Source: Amphiscolops sp. MND2022
Lineage: Eukaryota
DNA length: 64,000 bases
Assembly (NCBI GenBank): GCA_964187785.1
Contig: OZ076418.1
Location: 36,394,001-36,458,000 of the forward strand
Direction: 5' to 3'
The position numbers and the translations under genes were made by a program. How positions within the stretch are numbered: position 1 is the first letter of the stretch; the number at the start of each line of letters is the position of its first letter. Below the pieces are notes generated by a model. The model saw only the letters and a list, made by a program, of their open reading frames with translations. It did no database searches and was not told the DNA's origin. Positions 1-13,810 of this stretch are shown piece by piece.

Positions 1-472
1 TATTCAAGTACCTGTTAACTGAACCTCGTGATAGCCTTTGAAGTTGGCCTTGTGTCAACTTGGGAAGGCTATCACATCAAAAAATTTTCAACAAAAATAC
101 TTTTTGTTTATTGAAAATGACAGTCGATATATAATTTCGTGATTCTATACTACCGTTAGTACCTTCCATTAAGTCACCTGACGATTGCATTCAGTCTTTG
201 ATAAATACCTATGAACTCGAAGTCATATTTATAAATTTTTTGCCAAAAATAAACATCAAAATTATCCAATTTATTTAAAATTGAGTCTTTACCGTTTTTG
301 TTTTACTTTTTCTACTGTTATTAGGCTCATCAACTTCCTACAGCCACGCTCTCTGTCATACTGTACAACGCCACATAGTGTTGCGACGTGCACGGTCTGT
401 GGGCATGCCGAGGCATGCCCTTCGACGACGTATGCCGAATACCGCGGGCCTACGCCCGCGCTCCCCGGCTAG
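1..472 (+). mobile_element. Unit U0 (family E), 3' part only
   Basis: Long hairpin GATAGCC...GGCTATC at 30-73, palindrome GGGCATGCC-GA-GGCATGCCC at 401-420, hairpin CGCGGGC-CTAC-GCCCGCG at 443-460, CTAG at 469-472. Confidence 0.7.
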
Positions 473-1860
473 GTGGTTGGGGCGGTCCCCAGAACGCACA
501 AGGAGGCGCGGGGAGGGTCCTGCGCCGACGTAGAATAATTTCATATAATACTAGTATCCTACATGGGTGTTTTAGAGGCGATTTTGGAATCTAACCGTAG
601 GATTTGGATAATTTTTTGCATGCGGCCATAACTCGAAATTCTAAGAACTTTTTCCTACTGTCATTTTCCCCGCAAATTGTTTTTTGTTGACTTATGGCCG
701 AAAAACCGGAAATAACGTCCTTTTTAGACGTTATATCCGAAGTGTCGTCATAACTTTTTTCCAGGGCATGCTAGCGTTCTCGTTCACTTTTACACTTAGT
801 TGCAGCATCTCAAAATACAACTGGTGGAAAATTTTGGTTGCATTCGGATCACCCCCCACCGAGATAGAAGGGTTCCCCCCTCCAGTTTTACCCCCCAAAT
901 TTGCAAAATAGCCAATTTTGAGCATGAAGCCGAGGATTTAGCGTACCCATACCCTCCTGATGTTTTGTTGTACGTATTAGGGTCAATCTGACGACATGTG
1001 TGGTTTTCACCCCCAACCCCCCCTTGGACCGGAAATGACACTTTTTTGTGTTTTTTGGCAGAATTTAGCCTTTTTCATTATTAGGCAGTCGTTTTAGGGA
1101 CTTCTAGCAGGATATCGAAATTGAAATACAACCTGATCACAACCCAGTGACAACATGTTGGCCACTTGGAGGTATCATCATGACCGGAAGTGGGGTCAAC
1201 CCCCCTTTTTGTGACCGCTTTTTGACCTTGTGCACCAAAATGCCAACATCTTGAGGCCTAATGAGGCATTCAAATCTGTACAAAGATAAAATGTTAGACA
1301 ACCGAAGTCCCGGAAGATCTTTAGCATATACCGGAAGTTACCCCCCATGACCGGAAGTTACCCAATGTGACCGGAAACGGTCCAAAAATTAATGTAAAGT
1401 TGAATTTTCCACTATTTCAAGACCACTTAATTGAAACTTTTCAATCTAAAAACTAGCGTACTGGCTTGTTTTGCTGAATTTATGGAAATTGATGAGCTCT
1501 ATCGCCCCCGATAGCCTTCGAAGTTGACCTTGCGTCAACTTTGTAGGCTATCGATAAAGAAAAACGAACAACAAAGTACATTGTTGCTCTCGTTTTTTCC
1601 CGTTGTTTTTCCTCAAACATTCTTGAGACATATACATGGCCGTTAGTTGAAATCAATATTTAGCCCATGTTATAGCTGGAGCAGCGAAGCGTTACACAGA
1701 CTAGTGTGGTTTTGAAATCACACTATTTAAATTAACAACTGACCGTCTTAGTCAGCTCCACACATTCATACCAACGCCCACCGTCTGTGGGCATGCCGAG
1801 GCATGCCCTTCGACGACGTATGACGAATCCACTCCAACCACACCCGCAGTCCTCAGCTAG
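473..1860 (+). mobile_element. Unit U1 (family E), 1,388 bp, non-autonomous
   Basis: GTGG start with two hairpins, core at ~580-625, body ~730-1050 aligns with the 901-bp repeat of U4, hairpin at 1510-1552, palindrome at 1789-1808, CTAG end. Confidence 0.7.
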
Positions 1861-3856
1861 GTGCGCGGGGTTATTCCCCCCGTTTGTCCCCGGCCGGCGG
1901 GTAGGGTCCTGACGGCCGTCCTTAATCATGAAGCTTGCTGTTTAGCGCAAAAAGCCCACAAAAACGCCGATTTTAAAAACTAACCATTAGAATTTGTTCG
2001 TAGATTGCATGCGGCCCTAAAATTTGCATACGAATGGAAGTTCCTGCTGACGTTAAGCGATAGAAACATTATAAAAAAAGTTATGGCCAATTTTTGGTCC
2101 CCATTAGATGTAAAAATGATGAAATTTTTCATAAAAGGGCAAATATCTCAAAATGCAATAATTTTTGGACATTGACTGTGAAACAAGCTTGGAACCTTCA
2201 TTTCGTGGCTGTGGCATTGCACTGAACACAAAAGATGTAAAGTTTTTACATTTTTTGAAAATTTGACATTTTTGAATTTTTTTTCACTACTATCAGTACC
2301 ATATATGTCAAAAACACCTCAGAAAAAAATTTTTATTTGCTTTAACTTGGAAACCTTGGTATCCATGGTTTCTGTCGGAACCTACTCGGAGCCAAACACT
2401 CAACAGTTTCCATCCAATGTGAAAATAAATTTTTTTTCGAGGTTATAGGTGTATCACAAGGATTTCACAACTTAGTATTAATTTACAAAATGGTCATTTT
2501 CAACATCATATTTTCATCGAGGCATGTCGGATATAGTCCTAATGCTCACGACCGGTCCTACTGGCAACGTATTACCCATTTATAGAAATATAAAGTTTTA
2601 AAAAAATATTTTCACCCGATCTTCAGTCATTTTTCAGTCATTCGGAACTTAACTTAGAAAAATTTCGACCAAAAAACCCATTTTTGTCAGGTCGAAAATT
2701 CAAATTCAGCTTTTTAAACAAAATTATTAAATCTGACGTAACCAGTGGGGCCAATGAAACTCAAAACCGCAATAGACACTGGTATCAATGGCTCCAATAA
2801 CTCATGAGTCGCGATAAGACGTTATTTTGAGCAATACGTCTCAATTGAGGTAAACATCTCGCAAGCCAGGGATCACTGTGAAAAGTGATTTCATCAAAAA
2901 TTTACTCATTTTCGTCAATCACCATGTGCACAGAATGCGTAGGGTGCGTTTCAGCACTATAATGAGGTTTTTGAAGGCGTCGGGTTGTTCAAGGGGTGGT
3001 ATGAGACAATTTTTTCCCATATACTACTGTATTTTCCAAAACTTTTTGCCATTTATCTGGAAAAACTAATTTGACAAAATACTTTCAATTACTTTATTCG
3101 AAGGTTACAGTATAGATGAACCCTGTGGTTGATCAGAAACTTTCATCTCTTTTGTTTTCCGAAATAATTCCCTTCGAATGTGTTACTTTTGTAGCCGGGT
3201 AAATAACCGAAACTGAAAAATACGCAATTTTGCTGAGATAGAATCCTAATGGTTGCACCCAAAATCTCTTTAAATATTTCTAACGCGACCTTACGGACCT
3301 AAAATGATTGAAAATGTCATTCACAATGCTGACATGTGCTCTTTCTACGATCCTGGCTGGACAAGTGTCGCATATTTTTCAAGTACCTGTTAACTGAATT
3401 TTGTGATAGCCTTTCAAGTTGGCCTTGTGTCAACTTGGGAAGGCTGTCACATCAAAAAACTATCAACAAAATTACGTTTCGTTAATGTAAGAATGCTGTC
3501 AATGATTAATTTAGTGATTCTATCCTACCGTTGGTACCTTCCATCAGATCAGATAACGATTGCATTCAGTCTTTGATAAAAACCTATGAACTCGAATACA
3601 TTTTTCTGTTTTTTTTTCTAACAGAAAAGTAAAAAATAATAAATTTTTTATTAATAACACCTTTCAGTACTATTACTTTCACACACAATCGTTACCGTGA
3701 TCAGCCACACCCACCCCGTGCGGCCTCGCCCTGTTAGTAGTGCAACGCCACATATAAACATCAACGCCCACAGTCTGTGGGCATGCCGAGGCATGCCCTT
3801 CGACGACGTATGGCAAATTTAGCGTTGCCCGCACTCTGGAGTGCGGTAGCAGCTAG
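1861..3856 (+). mobile_element. Unit U2 (family E variant), 1,996 bp, non-autonomous
   Basis: GTGC start, core at ~1970-2015, 3' half matches ~9370-10350 and U0, hairpin at 3405-3448, palindrome at 3779-3798, CCGCACTC-TG-GAGTGCGG hairpin 6 nt before CTAG. Confidence 0.7.
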
Positions 3857-4922
3857 GTGGTTGGGGCCGTACCCCACAAAGTTCGCGGCCGCGGGAGACG
3901 GGACCCGCGGACGGCCGCCCATAAAAATATACACTCTAAACAGCACCATTATAAATGCGATCTCGAAAATGAACCGTTAGAATGTCTTGAAATTTTGCAT
4001 ACGGATAGAAGAGAAAATTCTAAGAACTTTTTCCTGCTGGCACTTTTCCGAAAAAAAACTCCTTCATGGGTTTTTTTGGGTTTTTTTGGTTTTTTTTCAT
4101 CTTTCTCATCTTTGATTAATCAATCACCGAATCAAAGGCCATTTTCAGCATGAAGGAATGCCCGTAGCAGCAAAGTGCACTTTTATGAAAATCATCAACC
4201 ATCAACGGTCTTTCGAACGGTCTAAAAAAGTTTTCCCCCGGGGGCATCCAAAGTGCCGAAAAGTGCCAAAATATTTTTTTGGTCTGAATCATTTTGATGA
4301 AATTGATGATTTGAGCAGCCGGAACGGTCCGCACGGTCTCAAATTATAAGAGCAAAAATTGACAGCGTTCAATGACGGTTCCAAAAATATAAGTCGGTCA
4401 CCTGTAGGGGTTTTAACAAAAAAGTTGATTTTTGGGTAAAATGGCATGATGAGTGGTTGGATGAGAAATAGCCGTAACATGTTGAGTTGGATTTGATGCA
4501 GCAATGGTTGCAGCTGCAGCAAATGTGAAAAAGATAAAAGGGCTGGGATATATCACCTGCACAAACCAATGTTGCCCTGGGGCATTGGTTGTGCCAAAAA
4601 ATGCCTCAATGCGATCATTATGTTTTTCCAAATGGGGTCACAAAATCAATTGCCACCGGTGTTCCTAGTGTTGCGCAGCAACTCGCAGGAACAACGGGGC
4701 TCTGCGAACGCGAAACTGAAGATGCCCTTTCGTTGATTTGATTGACGGCAGTCGCAGTTGATATTCTTCTGAATGAGTGATGAAATTTATCGTTGAATCC
4801 CAGAACATGTAACAAAAAATGGCAGCTGGAATTTCAACACATTGGTCTGTTGTTGATTACACGTAAGCAGCAAACTTAATCAGAAACTCCCCTCTCGTGG
4901 TTTGTTTAGCCTCCAGCGCTAG
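3857..4922 (+). mobile_element. Unit U3 (family A), 1,066 bp
   Basis: Start GTGGTTGGGGC...GCGGCCGCGGGA and end GTTTAGCCTCCAGCGCTAG are shared with U9 and U12. Confidence 0.75.
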
Positions 4923-5189
4923 GTGGTCGGGGTCGTTTTCCCCATTGATTTTGCCGGCGCGGGAGATGGGTCCTGAAGCCGGCCCCTAGTACCAATCGAG
5001 CATATGAGGAAACAGCAAGTGTTAATCACGATCTCGAAAACTATCCATACGAATTGACTGAAATTTGGCACACAGCTGCAGGATCAAATCCTAAGAACTT
5101 TTTCCTGCTGACGTTTTGCGGGGAAATTTGTATATGTTGACTTTTGGTCAAAAAACCGGATATAACGTCGAAAATGAACGTTATATCCG

Positions 5190-8100
5190 AATTGTCGTAA
5201 TAACTTTTTTCCAGGGCATCCTAGCGATTTTGGTTGCTCCTACGGTGCGTTGCAGCATCTGAAAATACATCTGCTGACAAATTTTGGCAGCAATCGGATC
5301 ACCCCCCGCCGAGATAGAGGGGTACCCCCCTCCGATTTTACCCCGAAAATTTGGGCAAATGCCACTTTTGAGCATGAAGCCGTGGATTTAGCGTGCTGGT
5401 ACCCTGCTAAAAAATTGTTGGGCGTAAAAAATTACAGCCGATAGCAAGTATGCTTGTTACCCCCCTCCCCCCCGGAGACCGGAAATGACCTTTTTTTGTA
5501 CTTTCAGACCGGAAATCTAAATTTTTACAAATTCAGGCCACCCAAAGTCGAGAAACCTCCACACAACTAGGATTGCAAGTGAATGCATGTGGAAAGCTCT
5601 TGTTTCCAGGAGAAAAATGCCGTTGAGAACGACTTTTTATCTTAACTTGACGTTGACTTATGATATTTTGAAGGTGAGATTGGAGTGAGTGAACTACTAA
5701 CTTTTGTCTAAACACAGATTTATCGTCACGTCGAAATTCAAAAATCAGCTTTTGAACCGCTAAAAACTACTTCGATGCAACCAGTGGGGCACAAGATATT
5801 CGAAAACACGAATGGGATTGGTACAAGTGGCTTCAATATCATATGGGCAGCGATAAGAAGTTATTCATAAAAAAACTTATCAATTGAAGTAAACATCTCG
5901 GAGGCCTGGAATCACAGTGAAAAGTGACTTCAATAAAAATTTACTCGTTTCTGTCAATCACTGTGTACACAGAACCCGTAGGGTAAGTTTCAGCACTAAG
6001 AAGAGATTTTTGAAGAAATCGGACTGCTCAATGTGTGACTTTTTACCATTTGACGTTATTTTGTTGCGTTTCTTATGTCTATTTTGCGTTTCTTTCGTCA
6101 TAACTTTTTTCCAGGGTATCATAGCCATTTTTGTTGCTCCTATGTTGCGTTGCAGCATCTGAAAATACGTCTGCTGACAAATTTTGGTTGCAATCGGATC
6201 ACCCCCCGCCGAGATAGAAGGGTACCCCCCTCCGATGTGACCCCGAAAATTTGGGAAAATGCCAATTTTCAGCATGAAGCCGTGGGTTTAGCGTGCGTGT
6301 ACCCTGCTAAAAAATTGTCGGCCGTAAAAGACTACAGCCGATAGCAGATACGCTTGTTACCCCCCAACCCCCTTGAGACCGGAAATGACATTTCTTTTGT
6401 ACTTTCAGACCGGAAATCTAAATTTTTACAAATTCAGGCCACCCAAAGTCGAGAAACCTCCACACAACTAGGATTGCAAGTGAATGCATGTGGAAAGCCC
6501 TTGTTTCAAGGAGAAATATGCCGTTTAGAACGACTTTTTATCTTAACTTGACGTTGACTTATGATATTTTCAAGGTGAGATTGGAGTGTGTGAAGTACTA
6601 AGTTTTGTCTAAACACAGATTTATCGTCAAGTCGAACTTCAGAAATCAGCTTTTGAACCGCTAAAAACTACTTCGATGCAACCAGTGGGGCGCAAAATAT
6701 TCGAAAACACGAATGGGGTTGGTACAAGTGGCTTCAATATCATATGAGCAGCGATAAGACGTTATTCATAAAAAAACTTATCAATTGAAGTAAACATCTC
6801 GGAAGCCTGCAATCACAGTGAAAAGTGATTTCAATAAAAATTTTACTCCTTTCTGTCAATCACAATGTACACAGAATCTGTAGGGTAAGTTTCAGCACTA
6901 AAATGAGATTTTTGAAGAAATCGGACTGCTCAATGTGTGACTTTTTACCATTTGACGTTATTTTGTTGCGTTTCTTATGTCTATTTTGCGTTTCTTTCGT
7001 CATAACTTTTTTCCAGGACATCATAGCCATTTTTGTTGCACCTATGTTGCGTTGCAGCATCTGAAAATAAGTCTGCTGACAAATTTTGGTTGCAATCGGA
7101 TCACCCCCCGCCGAGATAGAAGGGTACCCCCCTCCGATTTGACCCCGAAAATTTGGGAAAAAGCCAATTTTGAGCATGAAGCCGTGGATTTAGCGTGCGT
7201 GTACCCTGCTAAAAAATTGTTGGGCGTATTAAATCACAGCCGATAGCAGATATGATGGTTACCCTTCTATCCCCTTGAGACCGGAAATGACGTTACTTTT
7301 GTACTTTCAGACCGGAAATATAAGTTTTTACAAATTCAGGCCACCCAAAGTCGAGAAACCTCCACACAACTAGAATTGCAAGTGAATGCATGTGGAAAGC
7401 CCTTGTTTCAAGGAGAAATATGCCGTTTAGAACGAATTTTTATCTCAACTTGACGTTGACTAATGATATTCTGAAGGTGAGATTGGAGTGTGTGAAGTAC
7501 TAAGTTTTGTCTAAACACAGATTTATCGTCAGGTCGAAATTCAAAAATCAGCTTTTGAACCGCTAAAAACTACTTCAATGCAACCAGTGGGGCACAAGAT
7601 ATTCGAAAACACGAATGGGGTTGGTACAAGTGGCTTCAATATCATATGGGCAGCGATAAGAAGTTATTCATGAAAAAACTTATCAATTGAAGTAAACATC
7701 TCGTAGGCCTGGAATCACAGTGAAAAGTGATTTCAATTAAAATTTACTCGTTTCTGTCAATCACTATGTACACAGAACCCGTAGGGTAGGTTTCAGCACT
7801 AAAATGAGATTTTTGTAGAAATCGGACTGCTCAATGTGTGACTTTTTACCATTTGACGTTATTTTGTTGCGTTTCTTATGTCTATTTTGCGTTTCTTTCG
7901 TCATAACTTTTTTCCAGGACATCATAGCCATTTTTGTAGCTCCTATGTTGCGTTGCAGCATCTGAAAATACGTCTGCTGACAAATTTTGGTTGCAATCGG
8001 ATCACCCCCCGCCGAGATAGAAGGGTACCCCCCTCCGATTTGACCCCAAAAATTTGGGAAAAAGCTAATTTTGAGCATGAAGCCGTGGGTTTAGCGTGCG

Positions 8101-9600
8101 TGTACCCTGCTAAAAAATTGTCGGGCGTATTAAACTACAGCCGATAGCAGATATGCTTGTTACCCCCTTACCCCCTTGAGACCGGAAATGACCTTTATTT
8201 TGTACTTTCAGACCGGAAATCTAAATTTTTACAAATTCAGGCCACCCAAAGTCGAGAAACCTCCACACAACTAGGATTGCAAGTGAATGCATGTGGAAAG
8301 CCCTTGCTTCAAGGAGAAATTTGCCGTTTAGATTGACTTTGTATCGTAACTTGACGTTGACTTATGATATTTTGAATGTGAGATTGGAGTGTGTGAAGTA
8401 CTAAGTTTTGTCTAAACACAGATTTATCGTCAAGTCGAAATTCAGAAATCAGCTTTTGAACCGCTAAAAACTACTTCGATGCAACCAGTGGGGCACAAGA
8501 TATTCGAAAACACGAATGGGATTGGTACAAGTGGCTTCAATATCATATGAGCAGCGATAAGACGTTATTGATAAAAAAACTTATCAATTGAAGTAAACAT
8601 CTCGGAGGCCTGGAATCACAGTGAAAAGTGATTTCAATAAAAATTTACCCGTTTCTGTCAATCACTATGTACACAGAACCCGTAGGGTAAGTTTCAGCAC
8701 TAAAATGAGATTTTTGAAGAAATCGGACTGCTCAATGTGTTATTTTTTACCATTTGACGTTATTTTGTTGCGTTTCTTATGTCTATTTTGCGTTTCTTTC
8801 GTCATAATTTTTTTCCAGGACATCATAGCCATTTTTCTTGCTCCTATGTTGCGTTGCAGCATCTGAAAATACGTCTGCTGACAAATTTTGGTTGCAATCG
8901 GATCACCCCCCGCCGAGATAGAAGGGTACCCCCCTCTGATTTTACACCCCAAATTTGTAAAAATGCCAATTTTGAGCATGAAGCTGTGGATTTAGCGTGT
9001 CCGTACCACTTTGAAAATTTGTCGGGCGTAATAAGTTACAGCTGATAAGATGTATGTTTTTGACCCCCTACCCCCATGAGACCGGAAATGACATTTTTAT
9101 GTACTTTCAGACCGGAAATCAACATTTTTACAGATTCAAGCCACCCAAAGTCAAGAAACGTCCACACAACTAGGATTGCAAGTGAATGCACGTGGAAAGC
9201 CCTTGTTTCAGGGAGAAAAATCCCGTTTAGAACGTCGTTTTATCTTAACCTGACGTTGACTTATGTTGTTTTGAAGGTGCGATTGGGGTGTGTGAAGAAC
9301 CAAATATAGTCTGAAACACCCATTTTTCGTGAAGTCAATTTTCGAAATTCGGCTTTTGAAGCAGAAATATTCACTCTGACGTAACCAGTAGGGCCCATGA
9401 TACTCAAAAACACGAATGGTACTGGTACCAATGGTTCCAATAACATATGAGCAGCGATAAAACATTATTCATAGCAAAATTTCTCAATTGAAGTAAACAT
9501 CTCGCAATCCTGGGATCACAGTGAAATGTAAATTCATCAAAAGTTTACTCATTTTTGTCAATTACTATGTGCACAGAGTGCGTAGGGGAAGTTCCAGCAC
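5190..9600. repeat. Tandem array of ~5 copies of a ~901-bp unit
   Basis: Marker CCACACAACTAG at 5559, 6460, 7362, 8263, 9162 (periods 901, 902, 901, 899). The same short spurious ORFs recur in each copy. Edges are approximate. Confidence 0.92.
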
Positions 9601-11242
9601 TATAATGATGTTTTTGAAGGCATCGGGTTGCTCAAGGGGTGGTATGAGACATTTTTTTCCTTAATTCTACGGTATTTTCCAAAACTTTTAGCCCATTATC
9701 TGGAAAAACTAACTTGACAAAATACTTTCAATAACTTTATTCAAAGGTTACAATGTAGATGAACCCTGTGGTTGATCAGAAACTCTCAGTTCTTTTGTTT
9801 TCCGAGATAATTCCTTTCCCATGCGTTACATTTGTATCAGAAAAAAAGTAGAAGCTAAAAATTACGCTATTTTGCCAAGATAGAATCGCAACGATTGTGC
9901 CTAAAAACACTTAAAATACTTCTAACGCCACCTTACGGACCCAAATTGATCGAAAATGCTATTCACAATGCTGACATGTGCTCTTTTTACGATCCAGCCT
10001 GCTCAAATTTTGCATATTTTACAAGTAGCTGTTGACTGAATCTTCTGATAGCCTTTCAAGTTGGCCTTGTGTCAACTTGGGAAGGCTATCACCACAAAAA
10101 ACTCTGAACAAAGTCACTTCTCGATCATGGGATAATGCTTTTGATAGTCGTTTTCGTGATTCTATCCTACTGTTAGTACCTTTCATCAAGTCAGCTATCG
10201 ATTACTTTGTCTTTGAGAAAAACCTATTAACTTGAAGACAATTTTCAATATTTTGTGACAAGAACTTACTACTAAAACACATTTTTTAAATCTAACCATT
10301 AAATACGATACCTTCAATTTTCTTTACCGTTATCAGGCCCACCCTACCCGTACGTCCTCGTACCCCAACACAACAAAATCCCAAAGTCAACACCACACAC
10401 TCGCATCAATGACCACAGTCCGTGAAGGTAATCACTTTTGATTACCAAGATACCAGAAACTGTTAACAAAATTTTGTTTTTCATGCACAAGAGTGAGCTG
10501 AAAAACGATTGAAAATAGAAAAAGATGATTCCACAACATTTTATATCTTCCTATTTAAACTAATGTGTTCCTGTTTAGCATCAGAACCAATACTGACGCA
10601 ATCTCATTACCCGACGTCACACACCCTCATCAAGGCCCACCGTCCTTGGGCATGCCGAGGCAAATATTTCAACAACATGTGCCAAGTGCACTTTATCGAT
10701 GCCCGCGCTTATCTGTAAGACTTAGAAGTATCACAAGGTTTTTAAAAATTTTTCAGCCTATCAGTGTCAGCATCCATCTATAAAACGAGGATTGCAAGTG
10801 AATACATGTAGCACGCTGTTTAGTAGAGCTAAAAATGCTGTTGCAAATGTCTCTTTATCTTACGTTGACAATGATGTATATTCTTTTGGTTGTGAAACTG
10901 GAACGGGGTATGAAATCGAAAGATGACAAAAGAGCTTCAGTTTCATATGAAAGGTATTGCCATAAAAATAGTAGAAAACCTCAATACATGTTCGGTTGTT
11001 CTTCTGTAGTGAACACTTCTCTATCTTGAGACGACTTGTTACGCTACGGAACTACAAGTCTTATGCATTTAAAGGGAAAAATTGAGAGTAGATAGCATAT
11101 GGTTTCCTGGCACTCGCTAAAGTCAGGTGCTACGTCCAACATCTGACTTTAGCCTATGTAAAAAAAGGATTGCACATGGATGCCTTTGTTTTGTCTACCA
11201 CCTCCCATTTTACACTGAATTGACATTCTGAATGTTCTGTCA

Positions 11243-11287
11243 TTACATTACCTTACTTTACTTTACTTTACTTTACTTTACATTACC
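11243..11287. repeat. (CTTTA)n-type microsatellite
   Basis: TTACTTTACTTTACTTTACTTTACTTTAC read directly. Confidence 0.85.
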
Positions 11288-11418
11288 TAACTTTACCACG
11301 ATACAACTCTAACGTCAACGCCACACACTCTTATCAACGCCCACCGTCCGTAGGCATGCCGAGGCATGCCTTTCGACGACGTATACCAAATCTCTTCCCC
11401 CGACGCCCGCGGTTCTTG

Positions 11419-12490
11419 GTGGTCAAGGGGGATGCCCATCAAAAAATATTGCGAGGCCGGGGAGGGTCCCGAGAGCCGAGCACATTCTATCAATTCCTAC
11501 CTTCAGGATTGCGAAGTATTTTAACCGATCTCGAAATTCACCCGTAGGATTTGTCTGAAACTTTGCATGTGGCTTTATCTCAAAAATTTAAGAATTTTTT
11601 TCTGCTGACGTTTTTCCAGGAAAATTCATTTTGTAGGGTTTTTTTGCGTTTTTTTTGGTTTTTTTCATCTTTTTTCATCTTTGATTAATCAATGACCGAA
11701 TCAAAGGCCATTTTCACCATGAAGGAAAGCCCGTAGCGGCAAAGTGCACTTTTATGAAAATCATCAACGGTCAACGGTCTTTCGAACGGTCCGAAAAAAT
11801 TTCCCCCCGGGGGGAACCAAAGTGCCGAAAAGTGCCAAAATTATTTTTTTGACTGAATCACTTTGATCAAATTGATGATTTGAGCAGCCGGAACGGTCCG
11901 CACGGTCTCGGACAATAAGGTCAAAAATTGTCAGCATCCAATGGGGGTTACAAAAATGTAATTCGTTCACCTGTAGGAGACATCAGAAAAAAGTTGATTT
12001 TTTGGGGTATATGTCATTATGAGTGATTGGATGAGAAATACTTGTATCACTTTCAGTTGGATATGATGCAGCACAGGAAGCAGCTGCAGCAAACTTGAAA
12101 CTGATTATGGGGCTGGGGTTTACCCTCTGTATCGAGCAAAATAGCCCTAGGGCATAAGTTGTGCCAAAAAATGCCTCAAAGTGATGATTTGGTTATTGCA
12201 AATCGATCAGCAAAATTTATTGTCACCGGTGTTCCGAGAGTTGCGCAGCATCTCGCAGGAACAACGGTGCTTGCTTAGAAAGCAAAAAACCACAAAATCC
12301 CTTGAGTTAAGTTGACGGCAGTCACCATAGACATTCACTCGTCAGGGTAATGATATTTATCGTTCAATCCCAGAATAAATTACAAAAAATTGCTAGCCTC
12401 AATATTTCTTTTTCATACTCCATTAGCAAAGGTTGCGCTGTTAAGTTTAGGCCTTTTTACTAGCAGTGCTCTAAATCGCTCCATCGCTAG
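11419..12490 (+). mobile_element. Unit U5 (family B), 1,072 bp
   Basis: Start GTGGTCAAGGGGGATGCCC is shared with U8. End AAATCGCTCCATCGCTAG is shared with U8 and U14. Confidence 0.75.
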
Positions 12491-12801
12491 GTGGTCGGGG
12501 CCCGATGCCCTTCAAAAAACCGTTGCGCGTCGACGGGAAGGGTCCTGTCCGCGCCCGTGGGATAAGAACAATATATACGATGTCAAAAAGCCATTTTTTT
12601 CAACGATCTCGTAAACTAACCGTAGGATCCTGCTCAAATTTGGCATGTGGCTTGCAAATAGGCTGAAATGAAAAAGTGTAGGAGGTAATTTTTCTGTACT
12701 ATCATTTTGTGTTGACTTATGAGCTAAAAACTACCCGTTCGACATCTTTTTTTCAATTTTTTCAAATTTTAGAGCTCATATCTCGTTTTCAGGTGCTCGG
12801 A

Positions 12802-13810
12802 GCGGTTCGCATATGGACGTCAATATTGCTCAGCAGTGCTAGAGGAGTGCGTAGACAAATTTTCGTCCAATTCGGATAAAAATGGACTGAGTAATAACCG
12901 ATTTTTGACGAATTTTTTCGAAAATTTTTGAAATCCCTGTCTATCTCTGCCGTTTTTTGCCCAGATTTTTTTCCAGATACTCTCCTAAAGACCTGCCCTG
13001 GCCGGTTTACCTCCCAAAAAAACCATTTAGCCCTTTTGCCGCAGTTTCAGCGTTCCAGGATTCCTTGAGTAAAAGATAAATGACTTAGAATTTTTTCGAA
13101 AAATTTTCAAATTTTTTTTTTCAACTTCAGGCCTCCAAAAGTCGAGGAACCTCCACACAACTAGTATTGCAAGTGAATGCATGTGGAAAGTTCTCGGATA
13201 GACGAGAAAAATGAGCTATTGTACGACCCTGTAGCTTAATCTGACGTTGACTTATGACATTTTTAGTGTGAGCTTGAATAGGGGTTGAAGTGTCAAATAA
13301 AATTAAGTGTCTTTTCAGAGCCTATTACATCCTCCCACGTTATCGTAGCGGTTCGCATGTGGACGTCAATATTGCTCAGCAGTGCTAGAGGAGTGCGTAG
13401 ACAAATTTTCGTCCAATTCGGATAAAAATGGACTGAGTAATAACCGATTTTTTGACGAATTTTTTCGAAAATTTTTGAAATCCCTGTCTATCTCTGCCGT
13501 TTTTTGCCCAGATTTTTTTCCAGACACTCTCCTAAAGGCCTCCCCTGGCCGGTTTACCTCCCAGAAAAACCATTTGGCTCTTTTGCCGCAGTTTCAGCGT
13601 TCCAGGATTCCCCGGGTAAAAGATGAATGACTGATTTTTTTCGAAAAATTTTCAAAAAATTTTTTTTCAACTTCAGGCCTCCCAAAGTCAAGAAACTTCC
13701 ACACAACTAGGATTGCAAGTGGATGCTTGTGGATAGGGCTCGAATAGGCGAGAAAAATGAGCTATTATAAAACTCTGTAGCTTAACCTGACGTTGACATG
13801 TGACAATTTG
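12802..13810. repeat. ~546-bp direct duplication inside the 5' region of U6
   Basis: GCGGTTCGCAT(A/G)TGGACGTCAATATTGCTCAGCAGTGCTAGAGG at ~12802 and ~13348, with the following ~450 bp near-identical. Confidence 0.88.

Larger units (their letters stand above)
4923..11418 (+). mobile_element. Unit U4 (family E) expanded by an internal 901-bp tandem array and a composite tail
   Basis: Standard 5' hairpins and core (~5030-5075), tandem array, U2-like 3' half, two interrupted terminal motifs (~10390-10427, ~10605-10662), a D-like fragment, then a complete terminus ending CTTG. Confidence 0.65.

Noticed and set aside
281-13630. Short ORFs recurring in array units (MLKIG..., MSILRF..., MQHLKI..., MGMPRHA...)
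   Set aside because: They recur only because the DNA is repeated. Lengths and frames vary between copies, they overlap on both strands, and no domains are recognisable.
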